DNA of 63,052 bases, counting the filler, from Chiloscyllium plagiosum (Eukaryota): assembly GCF_004010195.1 (NCBI RefSeq). It is 10 parts of 9 records of this genome, joined end to end, with 100 filler letters (N's around TTAATTAATTAA, not from the genome) between each part and the next. Parts side by side here need not be neighbours in the genome. Positions count along the whole stretch, not along the records: positions 37,603 to 39,402 come from NW_025171241.1; positions 39,503 to 50,650 come from NC_057720.1; positions 50,751 to 52,493 come from NW_025169303.1; 7 more parts are not named here. The stretch is one strand, 5' to 3'. The position numbers and the translations under genes are program-made. The notes beneath the pieces are model-generated. The model had not been told where the DNA came from and made no database searches. It saw only the letters and a list, made by a program, of their open reading frames with translations. Each line of letters opens with the position of its first letter. Within the stretch, counting starts at the first letter, position 1. Below are positions 39,221-52,377 of the stretch, piece by piece.

Positions 39221-41853
39221 CTGCAGAATATTTGAGACAAATATAAATCAACCAAAAACATCCTGAATCAATATCACAATTTCACTAAATATTAAAATAG
39301 CAATGTTCAATTTGGGATTTATTCACTTTTGTTTTCTAAAGGAGCAGTATGGTATACATTCTGTTCATTAAAAAAAATAAAGTTTAATGTGAAAGTTGCC
39401 TCNNNNNNNNNNNNNNNNNNNNNNNNNNNNNNNNNNNNNNNNNNNNTTAATTAATTAANNNNNNNNNNNNNNNNNNNNNNNNNNNNNNNNNNNNNNNNNN
39501 NNGGTAAATGTAGGGGTATGGGTGGGTTGCGCTTCGGCGGTGCGGTGTGGACTTGTTGGGCCGAAGGGCCTGTTTCCACACTGTAAGTAATCTAATATTA
39601 AAAAAAAACAGATTCATTTCGACCGCAACCTAATCCTCTGGCTCCATTCCAATAATAATACTTAATGGGCATTACTGTTTCCCATATTATTCTTTTATGA
39701 ACGAGCCTGTGTCGTCTTAAAATATTTTCCTTTATTTTGACTGCTATTATTTTCTCATGGTCCCTTTTGCTCTTCTCATGGTCTGTTTGATGTCGAGAGC
39801 CCGCTACATTCTTGGTCCCACACAGTGGCTTCCTGGGAAATGTCCTCCCTGTGCTTTTCCTATTTCTTTCTTAAATGTGTCACACTGCTATGATTTAGAT
39901 TTACCACTAAGTTCCAGTCCACTCTGGTCCAATCATTACCTGATCTTATTAACATTGTCCTTCCCCCTTCAGAACTTTGGGCCAATTTCTATCTCTTTCC
40001 AGAACAATCTGGAATCCAACAGATTTATGATCACTGTCTGCACTGTCCATTAATGTTTTACCCACTGGGTCGACTTCATTCCCTAAAGTTAAGTCCAGGT
40101 TCACCCCTTTCTTGCAAGGTCTGGATTAAAATTCNNNNNNNNNNNNNNNNNNNNNNNNNNNNNNNNNNNNNNNNNNNNNNNNNNNNNNNNNNNNNNNNNN
40201 NNNNNNNNNNNNNNNNNNNNNNNNNNNNNNNNNNNNNNNNNNNNNNNNNNNNNNNNNNNNNNNNNNNNNNNNNNNNNNNNNNNNNNNNNNNNNNNNNNNN
40301 NNNNNNNNNNNNNNNNNNNNNNNNNNNNNNNNNNNNNNNNNNNNNNNNNNNNNNNNNNNNNNNNNNNNNNNNNNNNNNNNNNNNNNNNNNNNNNNNNNNN
40401 NNNNNNNNNNNNNNNNNNNNNNNNNNNNNNNNNNNNNNNNNNNNNNNNNNNNNNNNNNNNNNNNNNNNNNNNNNNNNNNNNNNNNNNNNNNNNNNNNNNN
40501 NNNNNNNNNNNNNNNNNNNNNNNNNNNNNNNNNNNNNNNNNNNNNNNNNNNNNNNNNNNNNNNNNNNNNNNNNNNNNNNNNNNNNNNNNNNNNNNNNNNN
40601 NNNNNNNNNNNNNNNNNNNNNNNNNNNNNNNNNNCATTTTTTAATTTCTTCATCGAGCAGGGGAGAACAAAAACAAACAAAAGCGTCTTAAATTAATCTA
40701 CAAACGCGATGGAAATGTCACTAATTTTATGGATATCCACTACTCACTGTGTAAACATCGTCACCCCAAACCAGGCGAAATCAGTCTATCTCGAGTTCCT
40801 CGTTCATTCATCCCTATTGTAGCATTCCCATCAGAATTTATTCTCCTGCCTCATCCACTAATTACAGGGAGCATCTTAAAGAAGCTCAGTGAGATCACGT
40901 TTATCCCAGTTCATCAAATGTGATCACCACTTTGTCTGTGGTCTGATCCAATAAGTTAAAGAGCTCAGTACCCGAGAAAAATCGATGTCCTACAATGTAC
41001 AAGGTCAACAGGTCATTCCCGAGCAGGGAATTAAGCATTGAATCCATTTTGATTTATTTTCAAGTATGGGTCACTGCATATTTTAACCACGTCATTTTGA
41101 GACCACAGCATCATAAGATAGAGGATCAGAATAAGGCTGTTCGGCCAATCCAGAGTTTAGATCAGAATGATGCTGGAAAAGCACAGCAGGTCAGGCAGCA
41201 TCCGACGAGCAGGAAAATCGAGGTTTCGGGCTAAAACCATTCTCCTGCTTTCTCCCCGTACTAAACAAGAGCCGATCTATCTCTGGCTTGAATGCACACA
41301 ATCGCCTGGCCTCCACAGCCGGCAGCAGCAATAGGTTCCACAGACTCATCACCCTCTGGCTGAAGAAATTCCTCCCCATCTCAGTTCTAAACGGTGCCCC
41401 CTTGACCCTGAGACTGTGCTCTTATTTCCTAGTCTTGCCGACCAGTCAAAACACCTATTCCACGTTCACTCGATCTCAGTTTCTCAGTATTTTCTATGTT
41501 TCAATCAGATATCTATCCAATATCCCCCTTCACCCCCAAACTTATCCTTGAAGCGGCTACCAGGCAAGGATTCAGCACTCTGAATGCCTCTCCCAGCATG
41601 GTCAGGCAACAAACTATTTAACAAAGCTCACTGTCTACATATCTATCTTCAACAGAGAGGAAACATGCTTTTCTGACTTGCCAAAATCAGAATTATGAGC
41701 AATGCTAATGTAACACTCAAACTGAAATGAGATACGTGACATGTTGGGAAACGAGAAGCTGTACCATGCTGTTACTACGCCTGATAAATTAGTGTGTTTG
41801 AGTCACATCAGAGTTCAGAATGATTTGTAGCTCTCTCAGTCTGTGTCTCTTAC

Positions 41854-42141
41854 CCTGGAGTGCGGTGATATTTTTACTTTGAGTGTTCTCTCCATGAGTG
41901 ACCTGGCAGGTATAGACCGCACTGTTGTACCATTCACCATAAGGGACCATCAGCCGACTCGTCACCGAGAAGTTCCCGTTCGCCTCACACACGGGAGACG
42001 TGAAGAAGCCAGAATCCAAGGGTCGGCCATTTTTCAACCAACTCACGGAGATTGACTTCGGATGGAACTCGATGATTGAACAGACGACAGTATCAGAAGG
42101 GAGATAGCAACGTTGGATGGTATTCGTTTTAATGACAGAGT
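41854..42141 (-). CDS. IGHM: IgM CH2 exon with an aberrant N-terminus
   Basis: Acceptor TTCATCAG|AC and donor G|GTAAG give 288 nt in frame. [22 protein letters not shown]...[21 protein letters not shown]. The downstream intron aligns with 72-1290. Confidence 0.85.
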
Positions 42142-42659
42142 CTGATGAACAAGGCAGACGAATTACTGGCATAAATGAAGAAATGATGCCGTTGCTATCA
42201 CTGAGACATATTGAGAGCCGGGCAGGAGTGGCTATTCAATATTCCAGGATTTAGTGCCTTCAGGCGAGACAGGGAAAGATGGAAAATGATGGGGGCGGGG
42301 GTGTGCGGTACAGAATGTTGCTTCTGTCGCAATTCTGACAAGAGTATTTTAGGCTGTAAAGAGAAATGAAATCATGGATACCTCCTTGAACAAAGGCAAA
42401 TGGACAGTACTTCAAAACCAAAACACAGCAAACATAACTATTGGGAGAGCACGATAGACCTTACTATAGGTCCAAAATACCAACTGCAAATACATGGGCA
42501 AATTTCAGAGACGTGTAAATTAAATAGGGAATGAGAAAAGAGGTTTTTAACTTCCTCAGCATAGGCTTGGATATTCATTTTGTCAAAAATTTAGAGGGAG
42601 CACAATTCTGAAAATGCCCCCAGGAGAATATTTTAACAAAGTATGTGTTTAGTAGTGAG

Positions 42660-44820
42660 AATTTTAATCCAGACCTTGCAAGAGAATGCTGAACCTTAGG
42701 GAATGAAGTCGACCCAGTGGGTAAAACATCAATGGTGGAGCACTTTGCAGACAATGATCGTAAATCAGTTGGATTTCAGATTGTACTATAAAGCAATAGA
42801 AATTGGCCCAAAGTTCTGAAAAGGGGAAGGACAATTATAATAATATCAGGTAATGACTTGACCAGAGTGGACTGGAAGCTGACACTTAGTGGTAAATCTG
42901 AGTCAGAGCAGTGCGACACATTTAAGAAAGAGATAGGAAAATCACAGGGAGGACATTTCCCAGGAAGCCACTGCGTGGGACCAAGAATGTAGCGGGATCC
43001 GGACACCAAAGGGCATGGAGGGTGAGATAAAGAGAAACAAGGGAGGCCTCCGGTCTATACTGAAATCTCAAAACAATAGAAACTACTATGGAGTACAGAA
43101 AAGCAAGGGGAAGTTTGAAAGACAAAGGAATTAGAAGAGCAAAAGGGACCATGAGAAAATAATAGCAGTCAAAATAAAGGAAAATATTTTTTTAAAGTTA
43201 CAGGCTCATTTATAATAAAAGAATTATTCTGGAAACAGTAATGCCCATTACGTGTTATTATTGGAGTGGACCCGGAGGATTAGGTTGTGGTCAAAACGAA
43301 TGTGTTGTGTCAGTGTTCACTAGTAAGAGGGACAATGTGGGGACAGAAATTATGGAGGGGTGTTGTGATGTAGTTTTCAGAAATTAGGACACATGACGTG
43401 ATGTGCTGTGTTGTCTTGCTGAATGAGAAGTGGTTATATTTCCAGGGCACATGAAAAGTATACCTAGCGATTGATCGATGCAAAAGATGAAGTAGTTGTG
43501 TCGCTGACAATAATGTAGAATTACATCAGCCAACGTTGCACTGTTATGTAGGATGAAGGAAGGGATAAATAATGAAAACATAGATCTGTCAAGCTAGTCT
43601 CAGTGGTAGGGAAACTATTGAGAAGTGAAATTAGTCTTCAGTTAGAAGATAAATCAACAATTTTCAGCACGGTTTTATTGAGAGGAAGTCATGTGTAACA
43701 ATTTGATAGTAGTTTTCAGAGAGATAACTCGATGTCCAGATGATAGCAATAATCAGAGCCAATGGGATCCGAGTTAATTTGACAGATTGGATCTAGAACT
43801 GGCTGAGTGGTGGGAGCAGGGGATAATAGTCATCGGGTGTCTGCGTGACTGGAAATCTATTCTCCTGGTGTTCTGTAGGGATTGGTGTTGATTTCCTTGC
43901 TATTTCTCTTACATACCAATGATTGAGACTCAAATTTAGATGAATTCACAGATGAAATGAAAACTGTCATGTTGGTAAGTCATGAGCATAATGGCTTTAG
44001 ATTGCAGGAGGATATACAAGGGTTGGTTGTATGTGAAGAGAAGTGGCAAATGGAAATTATTCTGGATAAATGTAAGGTGATGTAATTCGGCAGAAGAATC
44101 TATGAGGTATGACGTTTTGAATGGTGGAACCCTGGAAAGGCCTGAGAATCTTTGGTGCATGTACCCACCGATCCCCTATAGTACTGTGTCATCTGGATAA
44201 AGAGGCTAAGAAAGTGGCAGGATATTTGCTTTTATTAGCCTAGACATTGACAATGAAATGTAGGGAGATGATACTGGAACTTAATAGAACACTGGTTAGG
44301 CCATACTGAAGCGTTTTGTGCATGTTATCGAAGGAATGTGATTACACTGAAGGCAGTATTGATGAGATTTGCCAGGATCTTGCCTGGGTTGGAGGGTTTT
44401 AGTTCTGAAACTAAATTAGATAGACAGGGGTGTTCCTTGGAGCAGAGGAGAATTAGGGAGAAGATTATCATGATGTCTAGAATTATTTTAGGCATAGACA
44501 GGGTAAACTGGATGAAACCTTTCCCCTTGATGGAGAGATCAATGCCTCAGGGTGAAGGTAAGGCTAGGAGGTTCCAAGTGGATCTCAGGAGAAAACAAAA
44601 TCAAACAGATGGTGGTGTTAGCCTGGAGCTCAGTACTTAAAAGTCTTGGACAGACTGAGCCCTTCATAATAAGTAAGAAGTATTGAGATGCATCCTTGCA
44701 AAGTCAAGTCACACAAGGCAATGAATCATGTGATGGCACATGGGACTGGAATAGTTAGGTGGCTGTTATTGATAGGCGTGAACTGGATGGATCAAAGGGC
44801 CTTTTTCCTGTCCTGTATAG
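42660..44820 (+). mobile_element. Old, heavily decayed CR1 LINE in the CH1-CH2 intron
   Basis: Residual QHGF, WQME and LEQRRIR-type CR1 motifs. Boundaries approximate. Confidence 0.65.
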
Positions 44821-44906
44821 GGTGATTCTACGAAAACGGTTATAAATAATGCCTTATTAATGTTAATCCCAGATGCTCTGTTTATCTCAGTTCCCACAAC
44901 ACGTAC

Positions 44907-45212
44907 CTGGACATGGCATTTCTTTGCTCTTGTGTGACCCGCTGTGTTGAATCTCATAGTAGATTTTGCTGGGGCAACCTACCGCTGACTCGGGCAGGGT
45001 TAACTGGCTGTTCAGGGTGTAGGTTCCCTTCTTGTTTCTCACTGATGGGTAAGTCTTCAATCCAGTCTTGATTAGCTCCCCACCTTTCTTCCAGGTTACC
45101 TTTGTGACGTCAGGTGAATAGTCCATCGCCAAACAACCAAAGATCACAGAACCGGTGCTGTGCTCCTGACAGGAGGAGACCAGGCCATAAAGCATGGGTA
45201 GCGATGGTGTCT
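44907..45212 (-). CDS. IGHM: IgM CH1 exon lacking the second canonical Cys
   Basis: Acceptor TTGTAG|AG and donor G|[48 protein letters not shown]...[20 protein letters not shown]...[20 protein letters not shown]. Confidence 0.88.
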
Positions 45213-46704
45213 CTACAATAGAATGACCAATTGAGCATGTTAATTTCTGTTAATTTGACCTTATCAGTTATGCAAATGTATCCTCAGCTGTAAACGTTTG
45301 CCAGTATGCTCCCGCTGAGTCTACAGCATAACTGGAGTTTGTTTTTGTTTCCTACCAGTTGCTGATCATGATCATTGGTTCCCTCTTTAGAAACATGCCC
45401 TCGACCTTGACCATTGCCATATAATTTCGGAAAAAGAACATCCTGATCCCACCCCAGTAAGTGTTTGAAGATCTCACCAACTGACACTTTCACTGGATTG
45501 CTGTGAAGAGCAGTGAAGTTTCACAAAATACACCAAGGAAATGAAGATACATCGAAATTCTACAGTTTGTGCAAACAGGCCATTTGGCCCAACAAGTCCA
45601 CACCCACCCTCTGAAAAGTAACGCATCCAGACCCATTCCTCTGTCCTATTATGCTACAGTTAACCCTGACTAATGCACCTTATCTCCCAATCACTGAACA
45701 CAACATTTGCAATTCCCCCAGCTTGCACATCTTTGGACTGTGGGAGGAAACGCACACAGACATGGGGAGAAAGTGCCAACTCCATACAGACAGTCACCCG
45801 AGGCTGGAATGGAACCAGAGTCCCTAGCACTGTGAGGCAGCAGCGCTAACCACGGAACCAGCGTGCTGCCCCATTAGGTACCGTGCTGCTGGAAATACCC
45901 AACAGCTGGCAGTAACCCCGGAGAGAAATCAGAGTGAATCATAGAACATAGAACATTACAGCGCAGTACAGACCCTTCGGCCCTCGATGTTGCGCTGCCC
46001 TGTCATACTAATCTGAAGCCCATCCCACCTACACTATTCCATGTACATCCATATGCCTGTCCTATGACGACTTAAATGTACTTAAACTTGGTGAATCTAC
46101 TACCGTTGCAGGCAAAGCATTCAATACCCTTACTACTCAATGAGTAAAGAAACTGCCTCTGACATCTGTCTTATACCTATCTCCCCTCACTTTAAAGTTG
46201 TGTCCCCCCGTGTTTGCCGTCCCCATACTTGGAGATCAGGCCCAGTGAGCCTTCCTCACTTATCAATGCAAGGCAGAATGTTCTCTCTGGGAGCAAGGTC
46301 ACTGCCGCAGCAGGACAGGCAGGAGCTGAGCACTGGGACTAGGAGGATAACTGTCACGGCTGAATTCATGCCAATTGTCTGGAAGTTGAAACATCTAATT
46401 AACAATTATCTGAATTCTGGAGGCCTCTGAGAAATGGAGGACCATTAAGGTTCAGAGACTTTGGAGTATTACAGCTGAGTATTTACGTAAATATGAATTG
46501 AGAAATGAACAAGTAATCTTTAACTTTAATAACGATCAAACTGACACGCAGTTCACCACCAAACCTCATCTTTCAGACTAACCACTGCACTTACTCTGTC
46601 TAGACCTAAATTTCCACTCACATTGACAAACCCTACCCTGCTATACATCCATTCATGCCCGGAACACACAACCCCTATCACACGAAACACATCCAAGGCA
46701 ATCC

Positions 46705-47385
46705 ATATTGGTAGTGTAGTTGAGCAGAGAGATCTCGGTGTCCATGTACATAGATCCCTAAAAATTGCCAGCCAGTTTGATAGAGTTGTTAAGAAGGCAT
46801 ACTTTGTGTTGGCTTTCATCGATAGAGGGACTGAGTTTCAGAACCACGAGGTTAGGCTGCAGCGGTACAAAACTCTGGTGTGGCCGCACTTGGGAGTATT
46901 GTGTACTGTTCTGGTCACCACATTATGGAGAGAATGTGGAAGATTTGGAAGAGTTCAGAGGAGGTTTACCAGGTTGTTATTTGGTATGGCGGGAAGGTTT
47001 AATGAGGAAAGGATGAGGGTCTTGAGGCTGTTTTTGTTTGAGAGAAGAAGGTTGAGAGGTGACTTAATTGAGACATAAAAGATAAACAGAGGGTGGACAG
47101 TGAAACTCTTTTCCTTGAATAGTGATGGCTAGCAGGAGAGGTCATAGATGACAGGTGTCAGAGGTTGTTTCTTTCCTCAGAGAGTACTAGGGGCATGGAG
47201 CGCACTGCCTGCAACAATAGTACACTCGCCAACATTAAGGGCATCTAAAAGGTCATTGGATAAACATATGAATGAAAATGGAATCGTGTAGGATCGATAG
47301 GCTTCAGATTGGTTCCACAGGTCAGCGCAACATTGAGGTATGAAGGGCCTGTTCTGCACTGTAATGTTCTATATTCTATATTGTA
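46705..47385 (+). mobile_element. CR1 LINE 3' fragment
   Basis: EQRDLGVHVHRSLK...ERRRLRGDLIET with a TTCTATATTCTATA tail. Similar fragments at about 56090-56890, 58640-59330 (minus) and 62455-63052. Confidence 0.85.
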
Positions 47386-50300
47386 GATAGACATATGATC
47401 TCAATTTCTTTCACTCATTTACACCCCTGCCGCCCTGCACCTGGCCAATGGTGAATCTGGCCCTGACTGGACCTGACACCATCATTTTCACAACCTCTGA
47501 CAAAAGCCCACTACCCAAGACATGACCTCAGCCCTTGATCACTGACCTCTCATCTTACCCAAGTCAACCTGTGCACATTGTATCCCAGCTCCTTTCGCAT
47601 CTTCCTTTACCACCGACCATTTTGCAAGACTCCGAGCTTTGCATTTTGACAACACGTCCCCCTGTCACTTCATTACAGTGACCTTCCACCCCCGAAACAT
47701 CCTGGCACTCTGCCCACCTCTACACTAACCAGCCTGGCACTCTTCCCACCTCTCCACAAACCAACCTGGCAAAGACAGACCTCCTGCCTTTCAGCTCAAA
47801 CTACCCCTCACCTACCAAGCACAATTCGACCAAATTATCCTGTGACCATTACCATTTACCTTGATGCCACCTTGCCAGACAGAGTGCATGCAAGCTTACC
47901 CAGCAGCCAGCCAACACCTCACAGCCTACCAGCCCAAACTCTCCCACATGCCCAATCTAGCACCTCACCTGCTCACCACCTTCCAACTTTGAGCCTACTC
48001 CACCATAAAGTCAGTGAGTCATAACGTCGTACAGCACAGAAACAGTTCCTTTGGTCCAGCTCATCCATGCTGACCAGAGTTCCCAAATTAAACTAATTCT
48101 ACTTGCCTGCCTTTGTCCCATATCCATCCAGACCTATCCAGTTCCTGGAGCTGTTCAAATGTCTTCTAAATGTTGGACCTATCTCTGCATTTACCACTTC
48201 CTCTGGCAGTTCATTCCAATGTTTTGGACAGTTACAATATGAAGCCCTAACTCCTGCACTCGGTGCTCTGACCAATGATGGTACATGTGCCAAACACCTT
48301 CAACACACTAGGTACTTGAGACAACGCTTTCAAGAATCTATGAGTCTGAACCCTCAGGGTCCTCAGTGTTCAACATCACTACCCAGTGCCCTACCATTAC
48401 CTCTGTAAGACTCTATGAGTTTGGACCCTCAGGGCCCTGTGTTTAACATCACTATCCAGTGCCCTACCATTAACTCTGTAAGTCGTGACCTGATTTGACT
48501 TCTCAAAAAGCAACACGTCGTATTCATTTAAATTACACTCCATCTGCCACTCCTCAGCCAATTGGCCCAGCTGATCACGATGTCATTGTATGTTTAGATA
48601 ACTTTCACTGCCAATTATACCACCAATGTCGGCGTTACGTGCAAACTTACAAACCATGCCCCATTCAATGTTTTCATGGCTTTCAACCAAGATTGTACCC
48701 TGTTTGTCTTTCTCCCACATATCCATAGCATTTTTTAAGGATTGAAGGAATCTATCTCCTTATTGAAATCATTTAATGTTTTGTCCTTAATCAATTTCTG
48801 TAGTGGAGAATTCCAAAGGTTCACCATTCATTTGCTGAACAGTAAACAATCAGGTTCAATGTTATCGGTGTGTTGGGAAGACTGGTGAGCAGCAAGATTA
48901 ATGAATAGCCTTCGAGAGGGGCCGAGATACCTTCTTCAGCTTCCATTTTGCATGCTGACATGTCCCTTCAGCAGCATGTTCCAAAATTGTGATCCTTGAT
49001 GATAAGGGCGCACATGCATGTAAATGCTTCACCTGAAAGCTCTCCTCCAAATCAGACTTTAACTTGACTCTCAACTATTTCCCTGCTCGTTTCTTCTTCC
49101 TCAATCACAGCCATGGGACTCACTTCCTAACAGCGCTGTGAATGTGCTAATACCACACAAACTTCAGCAATTCAAATAGACTGGTTTCTCAAGGCGATAT
49201 AAAAAGTCCGACACTTCCACACCTGTCTAGAGATTCAAACAATCACTGGTAGAATTGAAAATTATTTGAGGCACTTGTGTGTCTACACAAGATGACATGG
49301 TTTCCTTTTGTGTGATTTGACTGTGTTTTCACTGAATGAACAGAGATATTTCTTAATCATATAATAGGAATGAAGCTTCCCTCATTTTTAGCAAGGCAAT
49401 CACACATTAATATTTCTTTATTCCAGGGAACTATAGTGTTAAATTAAAGAAATATGATGATTGGGATGTTTCAATTGGAAATTGTCAGAGATTTAAAGTT
49501 TACTTTCATGAGCAATTAATTCCAGCCTCATTGTGTCACAGTACTCACAGGAATGTCTTTCAGAAATGGTGTTTTGTTATGGGCAGTCGAATCAGTAAAT
49601 CTGGGATAGTTTTTGCTTGTTAATCAAAGGTGTTAAAGAGTTTTAGCCAAAGGGAGACCTGTGGATTTAGCTCACAGATGCTCCATGATCGAAGTAAGTG
49701 GTGGAACAGCTCGAGGGGCTGAGTGCCCTCCTCTTGCTCCTACCTTCCTATCATTGTGTCATTCATTAAGCTAGCGCTGGCGGTGAACACTTTTTATCAA
49801 AATATTTCAACAAATTAATTGTTTCACACATGCTGTAAAAAAGCCTTCTGTTGATTATTTCGAACGTGATCATTGACATTCTCTATTTGAGTGATCAAAA
49901 TAACTTCCACCCAATTACAGCAGCCACTGCGCTCTGGAGTGTGTTGTTACTTCATAATAGTTTCTTTTGAAACTACAGCTCGAGATCAGGGCGGTCAAAT
50001 TCAATGATTCTCTGATATTTAATATCTCTGAACATTCGCAATTTGTTCAAATGCATTTTTTCTCTGAAGAACGTGTTTCATCGAACACAACTTTTTTCAA
50101 TGAAACAACAAACTTTAAATGCTAGAAAACCAAAATAAAGACAGAAATTTCTGAAGAAACTCAGCAGGTCTAGCAACTCCTGTGGAGAGAAGGCAAGGTT
50201 AACCTTTCACATCCAGAGACCCCGCCCCCTTCACCAAATTGTTTTCATGTTTTTGGCACAAGAGCTCACACCTGTTGAGATAAACAGTGATTACGTTGGC

Positions 50301-50955
50301 TTGACTCCTGTTGGAAAAAGAATTCTTAGCAGAGGTTCTGGATGGTCTGAGATAGCAATTGAAGACCAACTGAAAAGCTGCTGCAAGTGTTGGATTCAGC
50401 GGAACTCCCACCGTACTGAACAATCAAATTCAGCTACAGCACTGGTTTAATATAAAGTAAAACAGCCGAAGCATAATCTCATCAAATATGCTGCGAAAAT
50501 GATCTATTCTGGATTAGTTATAAATGATATTGCTAGAACAGCAAGTCAAAAGCTGGGATTTCTTTGAGCACTTACTCCATTAACACCATCTAGCGATGCC
50601 CAAAAGCTTGTGAACAAATATTGATCTGGAAAAAGCTGCTAACCACCAAANNNNNNNNNNNNNNNNNNNNNNNNNNNNNNNNNNNNNNNNNNNNTTAATT
50701 AATTAANNNNNNNNNNNNNNNNNNNNNNNNNNNNNNNNNNNNNNNNNNNNGGGATGTTGTTTTGGGGGGTGGGTTAGGGGCTGGGAGAGCGGACATGGTG
50801 ACCCAGACGGGATCACTGATGGGGAATATTCCTCCTGGAGCGACCCTCTCCATCAAGTTGGTGGAGGGGAGGGGTGGAGTTGGCGCTATTTCGTGATAAC
50901 TACCTTCACTTCTTGGGGAGTGCTGTTTGAATGGGATCTTCCTGTGCCACTGCAG

Positions 50956-51294
50956 CCCAGCTTTGGAAGCAGCCCTCTGTCCAGGCGCTGGTGATAGAGA
51001 CGGAGGATGAGGACGAGGAGGGAGAGCTCCCTGGCAGAGGGAACACTACACTGGCCTGCTTCGTGTCTGGCTTCTACCCGGGAGATGTCTACCTGAGCTG
51101 GAGGAGCCAGGGCCGGGAGCTCTCTGAGGGAGTGACTACTTTCCCAGTAACACCAGACCCTCATGGGACCTTCCACACAGTCAGCCAGCTCTCTGTGCCA
51201 TCACGAGACTGGCACAGTGGGTATAACTTCACCTGCCTGGTGGGGCACCAGACCCTGGAATGGCTGAAGGAGACTCAGCTCCGGAAGGATTCAG
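50956..51294 (+). CDS. C1-set Ig-superfamily domain exon of an unidentified membrane protein
   Basis: Phase-1 acceptor TGCAG|CC and donor G|GTATAG. PSV...TLACFVSGFYPGDVYLSW...GVTTFP...GTFHTVSQLSVPSRDWHSGYNFTCLVGH. Confidence 0.88.
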
Positions 51295-52245
51295 GTATAG
51301 TGGCATCGTGGCCAGAGGCAAATCCCCAGGGAGGGACAGTGTCAGTGCTGTCTCTCCCACTCCCCCACTCACTGTCCCACTTCCTTACTCACTCACTCAC
51401 TTACTTCCTCCCTCATTCACTGACTCCCTCCCTCACTCCCTCATCCCTTCACCCACTCCCTCACTCCCTCACTCACTCATCACCACACGAGGAAGGTCAT
51501 GAGGGAGGGATTGGCTGCGATTGTGTAGATGCTCAGTTAGACCCCAGACGGATCCTGGGAGTGGATTTGACGGGGAATGGAATGTAAAATCCAGGAGATT
51601 TTACCAAAACTGCACGAGTCAGACTCCAGCTGGAATACCGTGAATACTCGGGGCTCTGTATCCAAGCAGGGATGGACCAGCCATCGTGGGCAGTCCAGAG
51701 AAGGTTCACTTGGCCGATCCCAGGGATGCAGGGATTGTCTGATGAGGGAGAGGGCGGGTCAGTTGGGATCTGGCTTTGTCAGGAATTTAGATGAACCAGA
51801 GACGACCAGATTGAAACAGACAAGATTCAACAAGGAAAGATGGATTCCCCGCTCCACCCACCGCCCACCTGCCGTGTGGCAGAATCTGCGATCCAGAGTG
51901 TGGGGGGGGGGGGGGGGGGTCACCCCATTATTAAAGAGGGAGATGGGGGTGAAACCCCTTCACCCTCCAGGGGGAACGGGGAGTGAATCTGTGGGATTCT
52001 TTATCGCAGAGACTGGGGCATTGAGGGTATTCAAGGCTGAGACAGAGAGGGAGCAGGAGGGGGATTGAAGGGGAAAGGGCAGGAGGGTGCGACATTGAGG
52101 GTATTCAAGGCTGAGACAGAGAGAGAGGGGTTTTAGAGGGAGGAAGGGGGCGAGGAGGAAGGGCAGGAGGCAGGGAGTTGAGGTAACTCACGTTGTGAAC
52201 CTTCCTGACCCTGTTTCCCCCCCCCCCCCCTCTGTCTGTCTGCAG

Positions 52246-52377
52246 GCTGGATTGAGATCCTCCGGAAGTCTCCATGGCTCTGGGGCTCTATCATCGTCAG
52301 CCTGATCATTCTCTGCATTGCTTTAGCCACTCTCACCGGTCTGCACTGTGGCAGGAGGGGCTGCAGGAAGAGGAAAG
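52246..52377 (+). CDS. Transmembrane exon following the C1 domain
   Basis: Polypyrimidine tract then TGCAG|GC. In frame with the C1 exon: GWIEILRKSPWLWGSIIVSLIILCIALATLTGLHCGRRGCRKRK. Donor G|GTAGGT. Confidence 0.8.

Noticed and set aside
51295-52068. ORF-track extension with HSLT repeats and the 163-aa ORF at 51577
   Set aside because: Read-through into an intronic (CTCA)n microsatellite and a decayed repeat.
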